DNA from: Craspedostauros australis
Lineage: Eukaryota
NCBI GenBank assembly: GCA_030167865.1
Contig: JALAGF010000911.1
Span: 1-64,000 of the forward strand
DNA length: 64,000 nucleotides
Direction of reading: 5' to 3'
The position numbers were made by a program, and so were the translations under genes. The notes under the pieces were generated by a model. The model was not told the DNA's origin and searched no databases. It saw only the letters and a list, made by a program, of their open reading frames with translations. Of the stretch, positions 10,940-22,064 are shown one piece after another. The stretch's first letter is position 1. Each line of letters begins with the position of its first letter.

Positions 10940-13619
10940 TCATGCATCAATGACGCTGCCTCCCGACGAGTCGGAAAAGTAATCCAACGAATGGCGTTCG
11001 ATTCGGTGTCGTGCAAGCTGCGCATGCTCGATGGACGGGATGCTGGTGGGGACATCTCCGAAGGTCTTTGGCATGATCTTGGTTGGCAACGGTTGGTGTT
11101 GCTGCGGCTTCCCATACTGCTGCAGGAAGGTGTTGAGGTTGCTTGCCGCATCGTCGTCGTCACCTTCATCGTTGGATGCACCGAGGATGCGGTTCTTCTC
11201 TGATGCTCCTCGCACCTGCAATTCGGATTCCATTATTGCGCCCTGCGACAAAGGGCTGCACATGAGGTCGGACACGGACTCGTCGTTGCTGCTGGAATTC
11301 TGAATGATGAACGGAATGGCCATGTTGCGCGTGACCTGCTGACGGTTGTTGGCGAACTTGCGGAAGTATTGTTCCTGCTGCTTCTTCATGTCGTTGCCAG
11401 CAATGGCCGATGGGAAGGTTGCAGCGCAGTTTGCGCCTGTTCCTGCCGCCTTGCCTCCGTGTGCGCCAGTCATCATTGCGTCGCCATCTTCGTGGCCTGG
11501 TGTTGGCTGTGCGTTGCGGTTGGCCTTGTCCATCTTCATTTGGGCTCCGTCGAAGCTGTTTGCTGTGGCCTTGCGGTTCCATGCGCCCGTGATCTCCTTG
11601 CTGATGGTTTCGGTCCAGGAACCGACGATCTTGGTGAGATGAGGGTTGAGGAAGTTGGCGACTCGTTCTTCGTGCTGTTGTGCAAAAGGGAGGATTTGGG
11701 AGAGCAGGCAGTTGTGAAAGGATGGAAACATGGTGAGAAAGCGGCACGATGCACCAACACGCTGGTGACCTCAGTTTCCCTGATGCATGCATGGTATGGT
11801 ATGGTATGGTGGAGCACTCCGCACTTACCGGTGTCTCGGGTTCTTCCACATCGCTGAACTCGGACTGGCTTGGCGTTTCTGGGATGTCAATGTTGCTCTC
11901 GAAGCGGACGAAGTTCTTGCGACGGTCATTTGGTACATCGGTCGTGTTCAAGCGCAGGTTGCTCTTGGCGGCGTACAATGGCTGGGCACCACTCTCGTGG
12001 CTGCCATGCTGGCGGCGTGTGTCATGGAGGTAGTCCGAGTCTTCGGATCCAGAGAGGGAGACGACCGATGGCTGGTTCTCAATGTCGCGATCATCGTGCT
12101 TCCTGCGCGAGCTGGATCCAGAGCCGGTGTTGGTGATCGTTTTGATATCCTTCTGGTCGCGGAAGATAGACATCGCGTTGCTCCTGTCGTTGTTGCTGGC
12201 TCGGCTACCGTTGCTGCTGCTGTCGCTTCCACTTCCGCTTCCGTGCTTTGCGATCATGGAGTCATCACTGCTGCTGCCCCTCCTGTAGAACACGAAACCT
12301 GCGGATCCTGCGATGGAGAGCAAGACGCCGATGACGGCTCCAACCGCGACGAGCGGAAATGAGGCGGCGGCTTGTTCCTTGGTGGTCTGCTTCTCGTTCT
12401 GGGTCTTAGTGGTGGGTGCCTGCGCGTCCTGAAGGCCGAGGACGTAGAGGTTGTTTTGGAAGTCGTCCATGTTGTCCTCAAAAGCGATCTCGTAGGCCTT
12501 TTGGAAGTCGTAGAGGATGTCGCCTGGGAAGAATGTGGCATCGATGATCATGGTCACAAGCAGCTCGTTCTCGGCAAGGAATCGGTTGCGTCGAAGGCGT
12601 CCATTGGCTCCTTCGTCATCACCCTCGGTGCCATCTGTGGTCGTGGCGTTGACGAACTCTTGTCCCAAAACCAACAGCAAATCAATGTTAAAGGAGACCA
12701 GCTGATCCGGCCCCTTGAAGTTGTTCTGGAGAAACTCCTGCGCGTGCTGGCGGAAGCGATCCAAGTCGTATCCTTCGAGCTTCTCAGACATGGTTCCGAT
12801 GTTCACAGTGATCTCGATGTTCTCGTACGTCTTTGGTCCTGCTGTTGGAGCCGCGGTGGGTGTGGAGGTTGGTGGGTTCTTGTACGTTGGCTGGTGGCTC
12901 ATGCTTGGGGCGCCCGATGGGGCTGCGCTCTTGGTTGGGCCTTGGGATGGTTGCGGGGACATGGATGGCGCGGTGCTTGGCTGCTTGCTTGGGGATGTGG
13001 TGGGGTTGATCGATGGTGAAGCTGAGGGCGACATGGAAGGGGTTGCGGAAGGAACGACGGAAGGCAGATTCGACGGTGGCTCCGATGGTTGGACGCTCAA
13101 GGTTGGCTGCGAAGATGGCAGATCGGTCGGTCCGCTGGATGGCGCTGCGCTGGGCGAGTTGGATGGTGGCATGGATGGGAGGTCAGTGGGGCCCACGCTT
13201 GGGATCATGCTTGCTGTTGGCACAAAGGAGACGGATGGGCGCAGGGATGGTGTGGAAGATGGATGATCAGTCGGGGCTTCGGACGGCGCCACGGACTGGG
13301 TCGGTGTCGCAGATGGCATCTCCGAGGGATTCTGCGAGACAGATGGGCGCAGGGATGGTGTGGAAGATGGATGATCAGTCGGTGTTTCAGACGGCGCCAC
13401 GGATTCCGTTGGTGTCGCAGATGGTATCTCCGAGGGATTCTGGGAGACAGTCGGCTCTGCCGATGGCTGATCCGTTGGTCGCGGGGTGATGGTGGGAGCG
13501 GGGGAGATGGTGGGTGGACAATGACGTCCCTCGCTGACGTTCCATGCCGTCGTGAACAGCAGCACGCTGAGGAGGATGCTGGTGGTGGTGGTGCTTGAAA
13601 TGGGCCCGAACGTCTTCAT
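10940..13619 (-). CDS. Mucin-like (PS/PT-repeat) type I membrane protein, 2 exons
   Basis: Exon 1 13619..11829 ends at ETP|GTAAGT and exon 2 11674..10940 starts at CAACAG|HEER, phase 0. Signal peptide, PS/PT repeats, folded domain with GRLRRNRFLAE, TM FPLVAVGAVIGVLLSIAGSAGFVFY, and a long cytosolic tail. Confidence 0.8.
13234..13449 (-). repeat. Intragenic tandem duplication, about 108-nt unit (36 aa)
   Basis: gatgggcgcagggatggtgtggaagatggatgatcagtcgg occurs at about 13234 and about 13342. It encodes the repeated PTDHPSSTPSLRPSVS block. Confidence 0.8.
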
Positions 13620-14313
13620 GTTGCTTTTGCTTGTCTATTGCTTGATACTGTTGTTCCTGTTAGGTGAGTCGGTGCGTGTACTCGCTGATTGTCGAGTTGA
13701 TGCTTTGTCTTCTTTTCAATCTCCTTGTTGATGAGATGGTATTGGTATTGTGAGCAGATGGTGTCCAAGATTGAGGCCTCTGCTTCATTTCCGATGTGAT
13801 GGATGTGATGAATGTGATGGATGTGATGAATGTTTGTGTCACCATCAAAAGGCGCGTTCGTGATTTCGATTTGCGGACTTTGTGATCGGCGAGAAATTGT
13901 GGCGGAAAGTTTGCACATGACAACGACAACTTGTGTTGCCAAACAGTCGTGTGCACTTAGGCGAGACACATGTCGAATTTGTTCAACGTACATGTCGAAT
14001 TTGGTCAACACTTATGACTAATATAACCGTTGCAGATGATCGTTTGCAAGCCAGCCGGTACGCCAACATCCCACAACAAGAAGGCACCATCACAAACTCG
14101 CGAACAAAACACGAGAAAACGACTTTTTGCGTTGGGGCTGTGATGCAATGTACGTGCGCCGTGATGGGATGTGACGCTCATATCAGAGTTGCATTACATG
14201 TACGAGGACTCCACTATACTCCACAGTAAGCTGCAACGGATGCATTGCGTGATGCACATGTGCGAAGTCGACGCTTCTTCCCTCCAAGATCGCAAGCAAT
14301 AACACAAGAGAGC

Positions 14314-15602
14314 ATGGTGAACCTTGCGTTGGGGATTCCATTCCTTTGCTTCTTCATTTCGAGCGATGTGAATCAACCAGACACCCGACATCACAACGCT
14401 CATGATGGGCAAGATTGGTGCCTCAAGTCATCGCGGAGAAGGGAAGATTCTCCATCCACTTCAGCGAAAGAAACGCCGACGCTCACGGTCCTCTTCCAAT
14501 CGGAGCACATCGCCGTGATCGAGAAACCACCACTGGTACCATGCCACTATCTTGAGAAGCAAACGAACCGCAGGACAAAGATCCTGCGAAAGGACAGCAG
14601 CAACGGGAACTCGGATGACCCCGACGCAGAGGAAGTAATCCCTGTCCTCCAACGAGCCTACGCAACGTTCCCGAACAAGGAGGATGGAAGCATCCGCCTC
14701 GTGCATCGCCTGGATGCGGCAACATCTGGCTGTCTCATGCTCGCATTCTCCGCGGAGGCTGCCAAGGAGGCGCAGGATGCGCTGACCAACCACGCACAGA
14801 AGACCTATTACGCACTGTGTCGCGGGAATGGTGAATTCCTGAGACAGCAAGGCGTCATCACAGCCGACGGGCCTGTGAAGGACTCGAAGGGCAAGATGCG
14901 GGATGCTGTGACTGTGATCGAGGTAAATGCGTGTGCCATAACACGGTGTTGCTACGTGCGATGGATGGAAGGGGCGCATTGCGTCTTCACGGAGACATTC
15001 GCCCTCTTTCACTTCAAACACCACGATGCTGCTCTGCTTTTCGTGCAGAGCAAACCAATCGTCGATATCCCCTTCGTGCTACTTATGGCACAATCCACAC
15101 CGCCTCACTCAACTTTGCTTTTCATTCCATTCGACACAATGCATGCCAATGTATCCAGGGATTGTGCGGAAGCGACGGTCCACCACAACGGTGTTGCCTG
15201 GTCCGGGCAAGTCCAAGGACAGGCAGATGGCATCAGATCCGCCAACATCTGGGACGATTGAACCATCCCATCGTCTCCGAAACGAGGCATCATCCAGACC
15301 GAAAGGAGAACAAGGCTTGGAAGATCCATTTCGAAGATCTTGGATACCGACAGCGCTTGTGTTTGCACTGCCATTCCATCCGCATTGGACCGAATGCTGG
15401 CAGTTCGAGTTATGGCGATGGTGAACAAGGCACGATCGATCAATACAAGTATCTTCCACCTGATGGAATCCACATTTCGTGTCCTTTTCCAGCTGACCTT
15501 GAAGCCATCATCCAATCCACCAGCTGGTGTGACGATGCCAAGCGCAGTTTTCCGACATTGTTCGCTCAGGGACCAGGGAAGGATGTAGACAGCACAGGAT
15601 AG
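14314..15602 (+). CDS. RluA/TruC-family RNA pseudouridine synthase, 2 exons
   Basis: Motifs IAVIEKPP, VHRLDAATSG (catalytic Asp), KTYYALC, TGRWHQIRQHL and RLCLH. Exons 14314..14922 and 15159..15602, GT...CAG, phase 0. The start codon is uncertain. Confidence 0.9.
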
Positions 15603-15912
15603 CATCCTAAAATAGAATAAAGTAGAGTCTTCTGATGATGCCATTTCATAGTCCGAGCTACTTGTGTTGAGCTACGCTCACTCCTCTCCAAGATGTTTGC
15701 GCCCAAGATCATTCCGCAAACACCACTGCTGATCCAAATGAATCCCGGATGCCATCAAGCCGAACCCCTCGACAACCACCAAACCAGCCCAGCACACAAG
15801 CCTCCCCATCGCACCACAACTCAGATGATCCATCGCAGCCCCACAACTTGGTAACATTCAAATCTCAGCGATAGGAACAAACAAATTGACGACAGCAGTA
15901 GGAACATCCAGC

Positions 15913-17697
15913 ATGGGAGGCAATTCAGATGAGGAGGATGCATGGGATGCATTCGGGAGCGACAGCGATGACGACGATAATGATAACAACAACGGCAACG
16001 GCAAAAGTGGCGCTGAGCAAACCTGCGACGGTGCTTCGAATGGCAAAGCATCATCAGCAACAGCTGCGACAGCACAAGGCTGGAAAGAGGTTGCATCGGC
16101 ACTGGCTTTGAATCTTTCACAAGAGTTCCTCAAGAGCAACGCCCAAGTCAAACTGCAGGATCGCGTCGTCGGGCTTGCCATCAGCCAAATCGATGAAAAT
16201 GGGAGTAGCGGTAACACCACTACTAGTATTACCGGCGGTGATTGGCAACTGCTGGAGCGAGCAATTCGGCAGCATGTCCAACAGAGGGGCATTCAGATCA
16301 CATCACCCAGCGGGATCACATGCACAGAATCCGCTATGAGCCCCGATACAACAATCGAAACACAGGAAGCGGACAGCAACAGTTTGGATGCACTGATCAT
16401 TGTGGATGACGCACAGCAACAGAACGACATCTCAATGGTGATGCCAGGAGGTATCATTATGCTACTATTGCGCCAAGCATCTGGACGTTCAGTCTCGATC
16501 GAAGATCTACCCGACCATCTTCGAAAGCATGTTGCAAAGTCAACCATCAAGACGATATACTCGAACGAAAGCAAACACAATACGCTCGGTCCTTCGATAT
16601 CCCTTCTCGCCATGAAGAAACACTGCATCCAAGCCCATACCTCAATTTGCCCTTGGTTGCCATCATCTCACAAGATCACGACAGAACAAGCCTTCCTGGA
16701 AGATGCGACGACAACGCTCTCGGCATCCGAAGCCCGATCATCGACCATGACAGAGCATTCCATCCAAAGGGCGGCAAACGCCTTATCGAAGCACGGCTAC
16801 TGCATCATTCGGCAGATCCTCAATCCGCACGAATGCCAGCAATTTGGAAACGCAGTACTCCAAACTGTGCATGATGCTGCGAAGATCCTGAAGGAGCGCG
16901 ATCATGTTGACATTTACAATCCGCAAAACTCCGAATTCGAACCCCAAGCCTATCAGGAATTGTCGATGCGCGAAGATCTGCGATTGGATATCCGACATGG
17001 AAGCCAGCTATCGAAGTTGAGGAAAAGCATTGAAGGGAACAGTGGCGGCGATGGCAAAGACGACGATGACATTGGCAACGCCAACCGGATCGTCAAGTCC
17101 AACAACAGAACAACGTCTACAACTCCGGATGGTTTCTTGCGCGGCCACAAGGACTTGCTGGACATCGTGCGCACCTGCATGAGCCCCAAGGACGAAGCTC
17201 TGTACCGCGGCAACATGGGCCGATACAACTTTGAAGGATCGGGACCCGACGGTAGTTTCCAGGATCTGCGCGTATCACCCGTCGGCGGCATCGTCAGCTT
17301 CCCCGGCGCCGCCGAACAGGCCTTGCACGCCGACACGCCGCATCTGTTCGAGCACGTTCCCGACCTGCCCGCGCATTACGTCAACATCTTCACGCCTGGG
17401 GCCGCCTTCGACGAGGAAGTCGGCGGGACGGCCTTTGTGCATGGCTCGCACGATTTGCGATTCACGGCCCGGCACTGCGGCGAGGCCGACGACAACGTGT
17501 ATCCCTTCCTGGTGCGTCCGTGCTTGACGTTGGGCGACGTCGTGATGTTCGATTGCCGCATCCTGCACTTCGGGCTTGCCAACAACTCCAAGACAAAGGA
17601 GCGGCCGTTGCTGTACACCAACACCACCCAGGCCTGGTTCCTCGATCCAAAGAATTGGAACGACAAGGCACGCATCTTCGAAGAGCACGGCATCTGA
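15913..17697 (+). CDS. Fe(II)/2-oxoglutarate dioxygenase, phytanoyl-CoA dioxygenase (PhyH)-like
   Basis: HGYCIIRQIL, QALHADTPH (HxD), GGTAFVHGSH, GDVVMFDCRILHFGLAN (distal His) and ERPLLY (2OG-binding Arg). Long uncharacterised N-terminal region. Confidence 0.85.
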   Translation: MGGNSDEEDAWDAFGSDSDDDDNDNNNGNGKSGAEQTCDGASNGKASSATAATAQGWKEVASALALNLSQEFLKSNAQVKLQDRVVGLAISQIDENGSSGNTTTSITGGDWQLLERAIRQHVQQRGIQITSPSGITCTESAMSPDTTIETQEADSNSLDALIIVDDAQQQNDISMVMPGGIIMLLLRQASGRSVSIEDLPDHLRKHVAKSTIKTIYSNESKHNTLGPSISLLAMKKHCIQAHTSICPWLPSSHKITTEQAFLEDATTTLSASEARSSTMTEHSIQRAANALSKHGYCIIRQILNPHECQQFGNAVLQTVHDAAKILKERDHVDIYNPQNSEFEPQAYQELSMREDLRLDIRHGSQLSKLRKSIEGNSGGDGKDDDDIGNANRIVKSNNRTTSTTPDGFLRGHKDLLDIVRTCMSPKDEALYRGNMGRYNFEGSGPDGSFQDLRVSPVGGIVSFPGAAEQALHADTPHLFEHVPDLPAHYVNIFTPGAAFDEEVGGTAFVHGSHDLRFTARHCGEADDNVYPFLVRPCLTLGDVVMFDCRILHFGLANNSKTKERPLLYTNTTQAWFLDPKNWNDKARIFEEHGI

Positions 17698-17756
17698 CTC
17701 TCAACAGAGTAAATAGGTGTAACAGAAGGAAGCGTTGGGAACCAAATCATAACAAA

Positions 17757-17788
<32 letters not shown>

Positions 17789-18098
17789 CGGCAGACTTCC
17801 CTGGTCCTGCTTCGAAGGGTTTGCTCCAATTGCATTGACAGTACAAGTAGTCGCATGCTACCGGAGTGTATGTCAGCAATCGATGATAGTGCTTACTCTC
17901 TAGATTCCTCTTTGTACTGTGCGTCGCGGGAACGAAGCTTGGCGCCAACCAAATGCCCTCGACGAAAACAACACAGAACAACGCAGAACAACAACAACAT
18001 CAAAAGTAAGATTTGAGCATTGGCCATTCATCATCAACATCATCAACATCACCAACATCACATAACCAACGCACACGGATGCAAGAAATGGCTTGGAG

Positions 18099-19352
18099 AT
18101 GACGCAAGGCACACAACCGCGACGACAAGCGCGACGACGAAGCAGGGGCGTTGCGTTGGACAAATTGCTGGCGGCCATTCTCGCCATGATTGCGTGCGTG
18201 GTGACCATCGTCAATCTGGCGGCGCTGCACCATCTGGACTCTTCCGTCGTCATCGGAAAGGACATTGTCGGCACGCACGCTGCTGTCAACCGAACCAGCA
18301 AGGAGCGGCTGATCAAGATCCTGAAGTACGCCAGCGTGGCAGAGCCGGAGCGGCTGCGCGATCAGCTGCCGACATGGGGCGAAGTGATGGACCGGTTTGG
18401 CGACAAGCAGCACACGTACGGATTGGATACCTGCGAGGCGTACCGCAAACGCGTCAGCATCCATCGGCGATTGATGGCACCGGCCGGCACGTTCAACAGC
18501 GGCACGAACTTCCTCTTCGACGTTCTGCGCAACGCCTGCAAGCTGCCTTGGCAAGGTCCCGAAAAGGGCAACGAGGGCGTGTTTTGGCAGGTCAACTGGG
18601 GCAAGCACCAGCCTCCCAGATTTCGAATGGAGCATCATTCCAGGCCGCAGCTCATCAACCAGGACTACCTCCCCATCGTCATGGTGCGCGATCCCTTCAG
18701 CTGGATGCAATCCATGTGCAACGTGCGGTACGCCGCGCACTGGTTCCACGTCGTGGCACGCAGCAAGAACTCCACGGATGATCCGGCGCACTGTCCCAAC
18801 CTCATCGCAAACGACATCGACCGCAAGTGGCTGGACACGGATCCCAAGGAACTGCGGCAATACTACGACCGCGATCCGTGGAAGGTCGACAATATCAAGG
18901 ACAAGGCCAACTTCACCATCAACGCGACTCGCGTCCCGGTCCGCGTGCATTACAAGACGGCCGACCTGTATCACGACACCTTGCTCGACATGTGGGTGGA
19001 CTGGTACGGCGAGTACGCCAACGCGACGTTTCCGCGATTGATGGTCCGTCTCGAGGATCTCGTCTATCATCCGCACGAGGTTCTGACGGAAATCTGCGAT
19101 TGCGCCGGCGGCACGATGAACTCCAAGGTGCGGTTGACGGCGAAGTCCGTCAAGATGGGCGCCGACAACGTGCATGGAACGGATCACACCGATCTGGCCA
19201 AGGCCATGGCGAAGCATGCACGGCAGAACCGGACGTACGGTATGACGCAGGACGATCTGGCCTACGCCAAACAGCTCATTATGTCAAGCAGAGGCCAGCA
19301 GCTCATGGAGGCATTTGGGTACACCGTGCCTTCGGATGTGTTGCAGGCATGA
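18099..19352 (+). CDS. Type II membrane sulfotransferase-like protein
   Basis: Basic tail and TM anchor. PAPS-binding-like motifs PAGTFNSGTN and VMVRDPFSWMQS, plus WGKH and VRLEDL. Confidence 0.72.
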   Translation: MTQGTQPRRQARRRSRGVALDKLLAAILAMIACVVTIVNLAALHHLDSSVVIGKDIVGTHAAVNRTSKERLIKILKYASVAEPERLRDQLPTWGEVMDRFGDKQHTYGLDTCEAYRKRVSIHRRLMAPAGTFNSGTNFLFDVLRNACKLPWQGPEKGNEGVFWQVNWGKHQPPRFRMEHHSRPQLINQDYLPIVMVRDPFSWMQSMCNVRYAAHWFHVVARSKNSTDDPAHCPNLIANDIDRKWLDTDPKELRQYYDRDPWKVDNIKDKANFTINATRVPVRVHYKTADLYHDTLLDMWVDWYGEYANATFPRLMVRLEDLVYHPHEVLTEICDCAGGTMNSKVRLTAKSVKMGADNVHGTDHTDLAKAMAKHARQNRTYGMTQDDLAYAKQLIMSSRGQQLMEAFGYTVPSDVLQA

Positions 19353-19670
19353 TGAAGACGGTGCGAGTGGTGAGAAGAGTACCATGGGAAAGATGAAGGC
19401 ATGGATATGCTGCTAATACGAGCTACGACCGACGAACGGGGATGGAGGTGGAGATGAAAACACTGATGAATCCCTAGCTTTTGGTCGTGCGAGTCGGATC
19501 TCACAAATCGTGGAAAAACACGATTCTCTGAGTTGTCAACGAAGAACACAAGGATGAGAACCGTCAAGATGAACAAAAGCAGAACAAGAGGATCCAAACA
19601 CCGACCAACGCAACAACCGCAACACTGATCGTCGGTCTCTGCGGAGATTGAGATTGAGAGTCCATTGTGG

Positions 19671-21806
19671 ATGCTCTGCTATCGTCATCCGCTACAAATA
19701 CGTCGCGATCTCTGCCTCAGGCGAAGCAAGTTGAACCGGATGATGGCGACGAGGAAGACGCTGAGACAGGCGGCGTACAAGCTGATGACAGCGAGGAGCT
19801 CGCCCAGCATCCTCGATGGTCCCAGCTACCAAACGCAAGGCGCCGACAAGGCGTTCGGGGAATCGGCAGCGCTGTCGGAACTGGCGGACAACAAGCTCGT
19901 CTTCTGCGGAGAGATCCATTCCCGTCCGCCCATCGTCGCATTCCAGCAGGCGCTGCAGCAGGAGATGGCGCAGTCCGCGCAGAAGCTCCACGTTGTGATG
20001 GAACATTTCTCGTTGGACATGGATGGGCTGCTGCAGCAGTACCAGAAGGGCGAGATCGACTTTGAGCAGCTCAAGCAGCAGTACAATGACCATGGTAGCG
20101 AGGGGCATGACCTCGATCCCTACAAGCCCCTCCTGGAGGATGCCCGCGAGCATAATCACAAGATCAAGCTGCACGGAGGCTTCATTCCACGCCAATTTGC
20201 GCGCGTCCTCATCAAGGACGGCATCGATGCGGTGCGTGAGCAGACCTCCCCGGAGTGGTTGCCCATTCAGATCAATCTGGATGGCACGGACTTTCATTAC
20301 AACGTCTTTGAAAGCCTGATCACGGGGCGTCCCTTCTTCGAGTCTACTCCGCCCACGGACGGATTCCGAAAGATCTTCAAGGCGCAGGTTCTGAAGGACG
20401 TCTCCATGGCCAACAAGGTCAATCAGCTGCTAGCTGGGGAGGTGGCGGATCAGCAGCGGCGCGATGGTGGAAGTGGTGAGCATGTGCATACGCATGCGCA
20501 GGGCAAGGAGAATGTCGTTCCGACAACGCTGGCATCGGCACTAACCATGTCAACAGCGGCAGGATCGTCAAAGGCAGACGAAGGAGCAGCATCGTCAGCA
20601 GGCGTAAAGCAAGAACCAAAACTAGAAATTGGCGATGGAAAGTATGTGGCATCAGTGAAAGTTGAAGATGATCGTGCCAGAGACACTCGTAACGGTATGA
20701 CCGACCAGACGGAACCTCGTGGTGATAAATACCTCGTAATCGCTGGCAACGGCCATCTCATGAATTACTGCGGCGTACCAGAACGCGTGCTGGAGGCGCA
20801 TCCGACCATGGCAGGTGAAACCAGCTTGGTCTTGTCCATGAGCTCCACGGTCGACCTGGATGACGATGAGGCCTGCAAGGACGACATTCAGTCCATGTAC
20901 GGTCCAGAAGGCTCCAATCCTGCCGACTACATCTACCTCTACCAAGACGAGGAGGAGATGGCGAAGGAGGAAACGAAAGCCGCATACGATAAGGTGGGCG
21001 AATCTGCTCACCTGGAGGGCAACATGCGCAAGGCTCAGGCCATCATGTCCGCGCTGGGCTACACCGAAGAGCAGTTCCAGATTGCGGGTGCCGATGCGTA
21101 CAACTACCAGGGCGTAGGAAATCCGCACATCCATGCAAACATCCAACCAGGCGACGTTGTCCTGGACATCGGCTCCGGCCTCGGCATCGATTCCTTTATC
21201 GCTGCCGCCGCCACGGGACCCGCCGGCAAGGTCCTGGGCATCGACCTCAGCTCGAAGCAAGTCGAGCATGCCCGATCGCGAGCCCACGATCGCCGCCAAG
21301 CCAATCTGCAATTTGAAGTCGCGGACATGGAACGTTTGCCCATCCCCGACAACAGCTTCGATGTCATCATTTCGAACGGCGCCTTCTGCCTGGCTCCTAA
21401 CAAGGAGAGGGCCTTTGCCGAAGTCTTTCGCATCCTCAAACCCGGCGGCCGCATCTCCATCTGCACATCGACCATTCAGGATGAATCGTTGGAGCCTGGC
21501 GTGAATTGGCCCAGCTGCATGAAGCTGTTCGTCGCCAAGACCACCATCCAACCCATGTGCGAGGCGCTGGGATTCGTGGAGGTCCAGATCGATGGCAGCG
21601 ACAGTTCCATGTCCATGGAATTACCCGCGGAGGCCCTGGAAGGCAGCAATCCGGATCGCAACAAGGTGCACGTGGGTGGCGACGAGTTCAAGCATCTGGA
21701 GTCGTACGACATGGACAAGCTGTGCGCGCGAGTTGTGGTGGTGGCACGCAAGCCGTTGGAGGAAGGGCACCAGCCACACGACGACATCTCGGACGCGAAG
21801 CAGTAG
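19671..21806 (+). CDS. Fusion of a ChaN-like (EreA/TIKI superfamily) domain and an arsenite-methyltransferase-like SAM methyltransferase
   Basis: N-half motifs LVFCGEIHSRP, VVMEHF, YKPLL, AQVLKDVSMA and VIAGNGH...GVPERV. C-half motifs YQGVGNP, VLDIGSGLGIDSF, GKVLGIDLS and FDVIISNGAFCLAPNKERAFAEVFRILKPGGRI. Single uninterrupted ORF. Confidence 0.8.
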   Translation: MLCYRHPLQIRRDLCLRRSKLNRMMATRKTLRQAAYKLMTARSSPSILDGPSYQTQGADKAFGESAALSELADNKLVFCGEIHSRPPIVAFQQALQQEMAQSAQKLHVVMEHFSLDMDGLLQQYQKGEIDFEQLKQQYNDHGSEGHDLDPYKPLLEDAREHNHKIKLHGGFIPRQFARVLIKDGIDAVREQTSPEWLPIQINLDGTDFHYNVFESLITGRPFFESTPPTDGFRKIFKAQVLKDVSMANKVNQLLAGEVADQQRRDGGSGEHVHTHAQGKENVVPTTLASALTMSTAAGSSKADEGAASSAGVKQEPKLEIGDGKYVASVKVEDDRARDTRNGMTDQTEPRGDKYLVIAGNGHLMNYCGVPERVLEAHPTMAGETSLVLSMSSTVDLDDDEACKDDIQSMYGPEGSNPADYIYLYQDEEEMAKEETKAAYDKVGESAHLEGNMRKAQAIMSALGYTEEQFQIAGADAYNYQGVGNPHIHANIQPGDVVLDIGSGLGIDSFIAAAATGPAGKVLGIDLSSKQVEHARSRAHDRRQANLQFEVADMERLPIPDNSFDVIISNGAFCLAPNKERAFAEVFRILKPGGRISICTSTIQDESLEPGVNWPSCMKLFVAKTTIQPMCEALGFVEVQIDGSDSSMSMELPAEALEGSNPDRNKVHVGGDEFKHLESYDMDKLCARVVVVARKPLEEGHQPHDDISDAKQ

Positions 21807-22064
21807 AGCATGAAGCAAGAATATAATAAAACAAGAGCGCTACGAGTACAATCCCTTCTCTACCTATTGCATTGCGTCGCATTGTCGAATGCTCCATTTG
21901 TCTTCCGTTGCGTTGTCTTGCCTCCCGCGATGCGAAAGCCGTCCGCGACACAATACAAAATGATCCTCTCTGAATTGGTTCCAAAAAGACTTGATATTAT
22001 GATCACAGAGAGAGCCGGTAGGTTCTGATGCACAGCCGATCCAGGAGGCACACGCTTCGCCCGC

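Noticed and set aside
11166-11828. Arg/Gln-rich C-terminal part of the 817-aa ORF
   Set aside because: Read-through of an intron (donor at 11828). The real exon 2 is in another frame (11674..10940).
17761-17788. (GA)n/(CT)n and similar microsatellites (also about 1582, 26938 and 43926)
   Set aside because: Ordinary simple repeats.
15913-21806. Co-oriented dioxygenase, sulfotransferase-like and methyltransferase genes as a biosynthetic cluster
   Set aside because: No scaffold-forming enzyme is present, the predicted compartments differ, and adjacency in a compact genome is expected. It would need co-expression data.
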